From Paracoccaceae bacterium (GTDB lineage: Bacteria > Pseudomonadota > Alphaproteobacteria > Rhodobacterales > Rhodobacteraceae): a DNA stretch of 36,279 nt. The translations under genes and the position numbers were made by a program. How positions within the stretch are numbered: position 1 is the first letter of the stretch; the number at the start of each line of letters is the position of its first letter. Below the pieces are notes generated by a model, which saw only the letters and a list, made by a program, of their open reading frames with translations, searched no databases and had not been told where the DNA came from. Below are positions 35,801 to 36,279 of the stretch, one piece after another. The stretch spans positions 1-36,279 of the forward strand of contig DOIS01000154.1 in the NCBI GenBank assembly GCA_003511785.1, given 5' to 3'.

Positions 35801-36279
35801 CGCCCGTCCGCGTCCTCCTCGATCTGGTCGGCGCCCGCCCGCGTCAGCCCCGCGACCGACCAGGGCATGTTGGACCCTTCCACATCGTGCTTTTCCATCT
35901 TGGGCACCAGCAGGCACTGCCCGCAGCGCAGATCGCCCCCGAACCACGACACCACCAGCGAGACCGCCTCGCAGGACGGCAACTCCCCCTCCAGCGCCTC
36001 GAAGGAGGTGACGAAATCGCTCTTGCCCGAGGGCGAATTGACATTGGCCGCCCAGCGGCTGCCGACCCCGTCAGTGAGGTAAACCGGCGTCGTGGCCAGG
36101 CTGTATTCGCCGGTGCCGGGCATCAACGCCACGCCGCGCACCGCCTGGGCCAGGTCGTGCGCATGATCCGGCGCGCCGGGCTGGGCCGCGCGCACCACCT
36201 CGAAGGAGAATTGCGGCACCCGGTTGCCATAGGGTTCCAGCGACAGGGTCTCCATCACCACATAGGCCGTGCCGCGATA
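32878..36279 (-). CDS. GTA (gene transfer agent) host-specificity/tail protein, orfg15-like; N-terminus lies outside the window
   Basis: The frame is open to the window edge (..YRGTAYVVMETLSLEPYGNRVPQFSFEVVR..). GNRVPQFxFEV, followed by a TIM-barrel-like region and a long C-terminal tail domain, is characteristic of the about 1300-aa last gene of RcGTA-type clusters. Confidence 0.8.
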   Translation of the reverse strand, partial: YRGTAYVVMETLSLEPYGNRVPQFSFEVVRAAQPGAPDHAHDLAQAVRGVALMPGTGEYSLATTPVYLTDGVGSRWAANVNSPSGKSDFVTSFEALEGELPSCEAVSLVVSWFGGDLRCGQCLLVPKMEKHDVEGSNMPWSVAGLTRAGADQIEEDADGRPIYGGTPADAAVVEAIRHMAAAGKRVMFYPFILMDQMAGNGLVNPWTGEAGQPALPWRGRITTSLAPGVAGTPDGTDEAATQVAAFFGTARAADFTVGDGVVSYHGPNEWGMRRFILHYAALCAAAGGVDSFCIGSEMRGLTQIRGVAGFPAVEALRALAGEVRALLGPDVKIGYAADWSEYFGYQPVDVPGDRFFHLDPLWADDEIDFVGIDNYMPLSDWREGEDHADAGWGAIHDPAYLAANIEGGEGFDWYYPSGEARAVQRREPITDGEHGEPWVWRFKDLRGWWENRHHERIDGVRQAVPTAWEPRSKPIWFTELGCAAVDKGTNQPNKFLDAKSSESALPRYSTGRRDDLIQRRYLEVMLSYWRDPGRNPVSDVYEGPMVDMENAYVWAWDARPFPWFPNNRGLWSDGANFARGHWINGRTGTRALASVVGEICRRAGVEAIDTGALTGVVRGYAVEDVAEARAALQPLMLAHGFDAVERDGLLRFVPRDGRGTVRLDPDCLAVSGETEGRVERSRAAEAESSGRVRLRFVEAEADHAAVAEEAVLASDATHAVATSELPLALSRGEGRAVAERWLTEARVARDTARFALPPSAMGLGAGDVVALPGEGGETRYRIDRVDQADLQLVEAVRIEPAVYVPSEGPEDAPSPRAFAAPVPVLPLFLDLPLMRGDEVAHAPHLAVTGTPWPGSVAVYGSNTDSDYALTEVIAARATVGVLETPLAAAPAGRWDAGGPVQVRMLSGALESRPRAAVLNGANLAAVGDGSPGNWELIQFRQAELVAPDTYLISERLRGQAGSDGIMPPVWPEGSFFVLLDGVPEQIGLSPAQRRVARHYRIGPARRAVSDPSYTHLVAAFDGNGLRPYAPCHLRAQDQGGDLALSWVRRTRIDGDSWDLDEVPLGEERERYLVRVREGARVLREAYVEAPEWSYGAGAQGGDGAGPGCVIEVAQVSARYGPGPFARLDWPAGA

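Noticed and set aside
1-36279. tRNA, rRNA, riboswitch, transposase, integrase or prophage boundary signals
   Set aside because: None of the intergenic regions is long enough or shows cloverleaf-like or conserved riboswitch-like sequence that I can recognise. No transposase- or integrase-like ORF is present. The only phage-like gene is the GTA tail gene at the window end.

Overview
High-GC alphaproteobacterial, Rhodobacteraceae-like chromosomal segment, judged by gene content, codon bias and a gene-transfer-agent (GTA) tail gene. All family calls rest on motifs recognised by eye; no database search was possible.

Gene content in window order:
- 1-7.7 kb, mostly minus strand: a form-II-type CO-dehydrogenase/xanthine-dehydrogenase-family locus. 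It holds coxS then coxL, an XdhC-family gene, a MoeA-like gene, a MoxR ATPase and a VWA protein, interrupted by a YeeE/YedE pair. Four of these genes carry single-nucleotide frame disruptions.
- 7.9-14.2 kb: a tightly coupled cluster with three paralogous DxD glycosyltransferase domains and two sulfotransferase-like modules.
- 14.2-28.6 kb: housekeeping genes pyrC, pyrE, dnaB, alr, mlaE, mlaF, radA, cvpA, purF, an SDR, dgt and erpA. A fifth frameshift lies in a SnoaL-like gene just after dnaB.
- 28.6-31.4 kb, minus strand: the most unusual element, a three-gene operon.
  - The first gene encodes a 221-aa peptide with 12 copies of the hexapeptide [M/L][F/V]SSCS. These copies hold every Cys in the protein, and the ORF ends on the last copy.
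  - The second gene encodes a 358-aa protein I cannot place in any family.
  - The third is an EamA/DMT exporter whose start overlaps the second gene's stop (ATGA).
  - I read this as a candidate multi-core RiPP-like or metallophore-like system.
  - Its 353-bp AT-richer upstream region carries a perfect TTAA-N7-TTAA (CtrA-type) motif and two perfect TTATCCACA (DnaA-box) 9-mers.
- 31.7-36.3 kb: xthA, a 98-aa ORF translationally coupled to the last GTA gene, and a large GTA host-specificity (orfg15-like) gene that runs off the window.

Two families of structured intergenic palindromic repeats are also present. No rRNA, tRNA, CRISPR array or transposase was seen.
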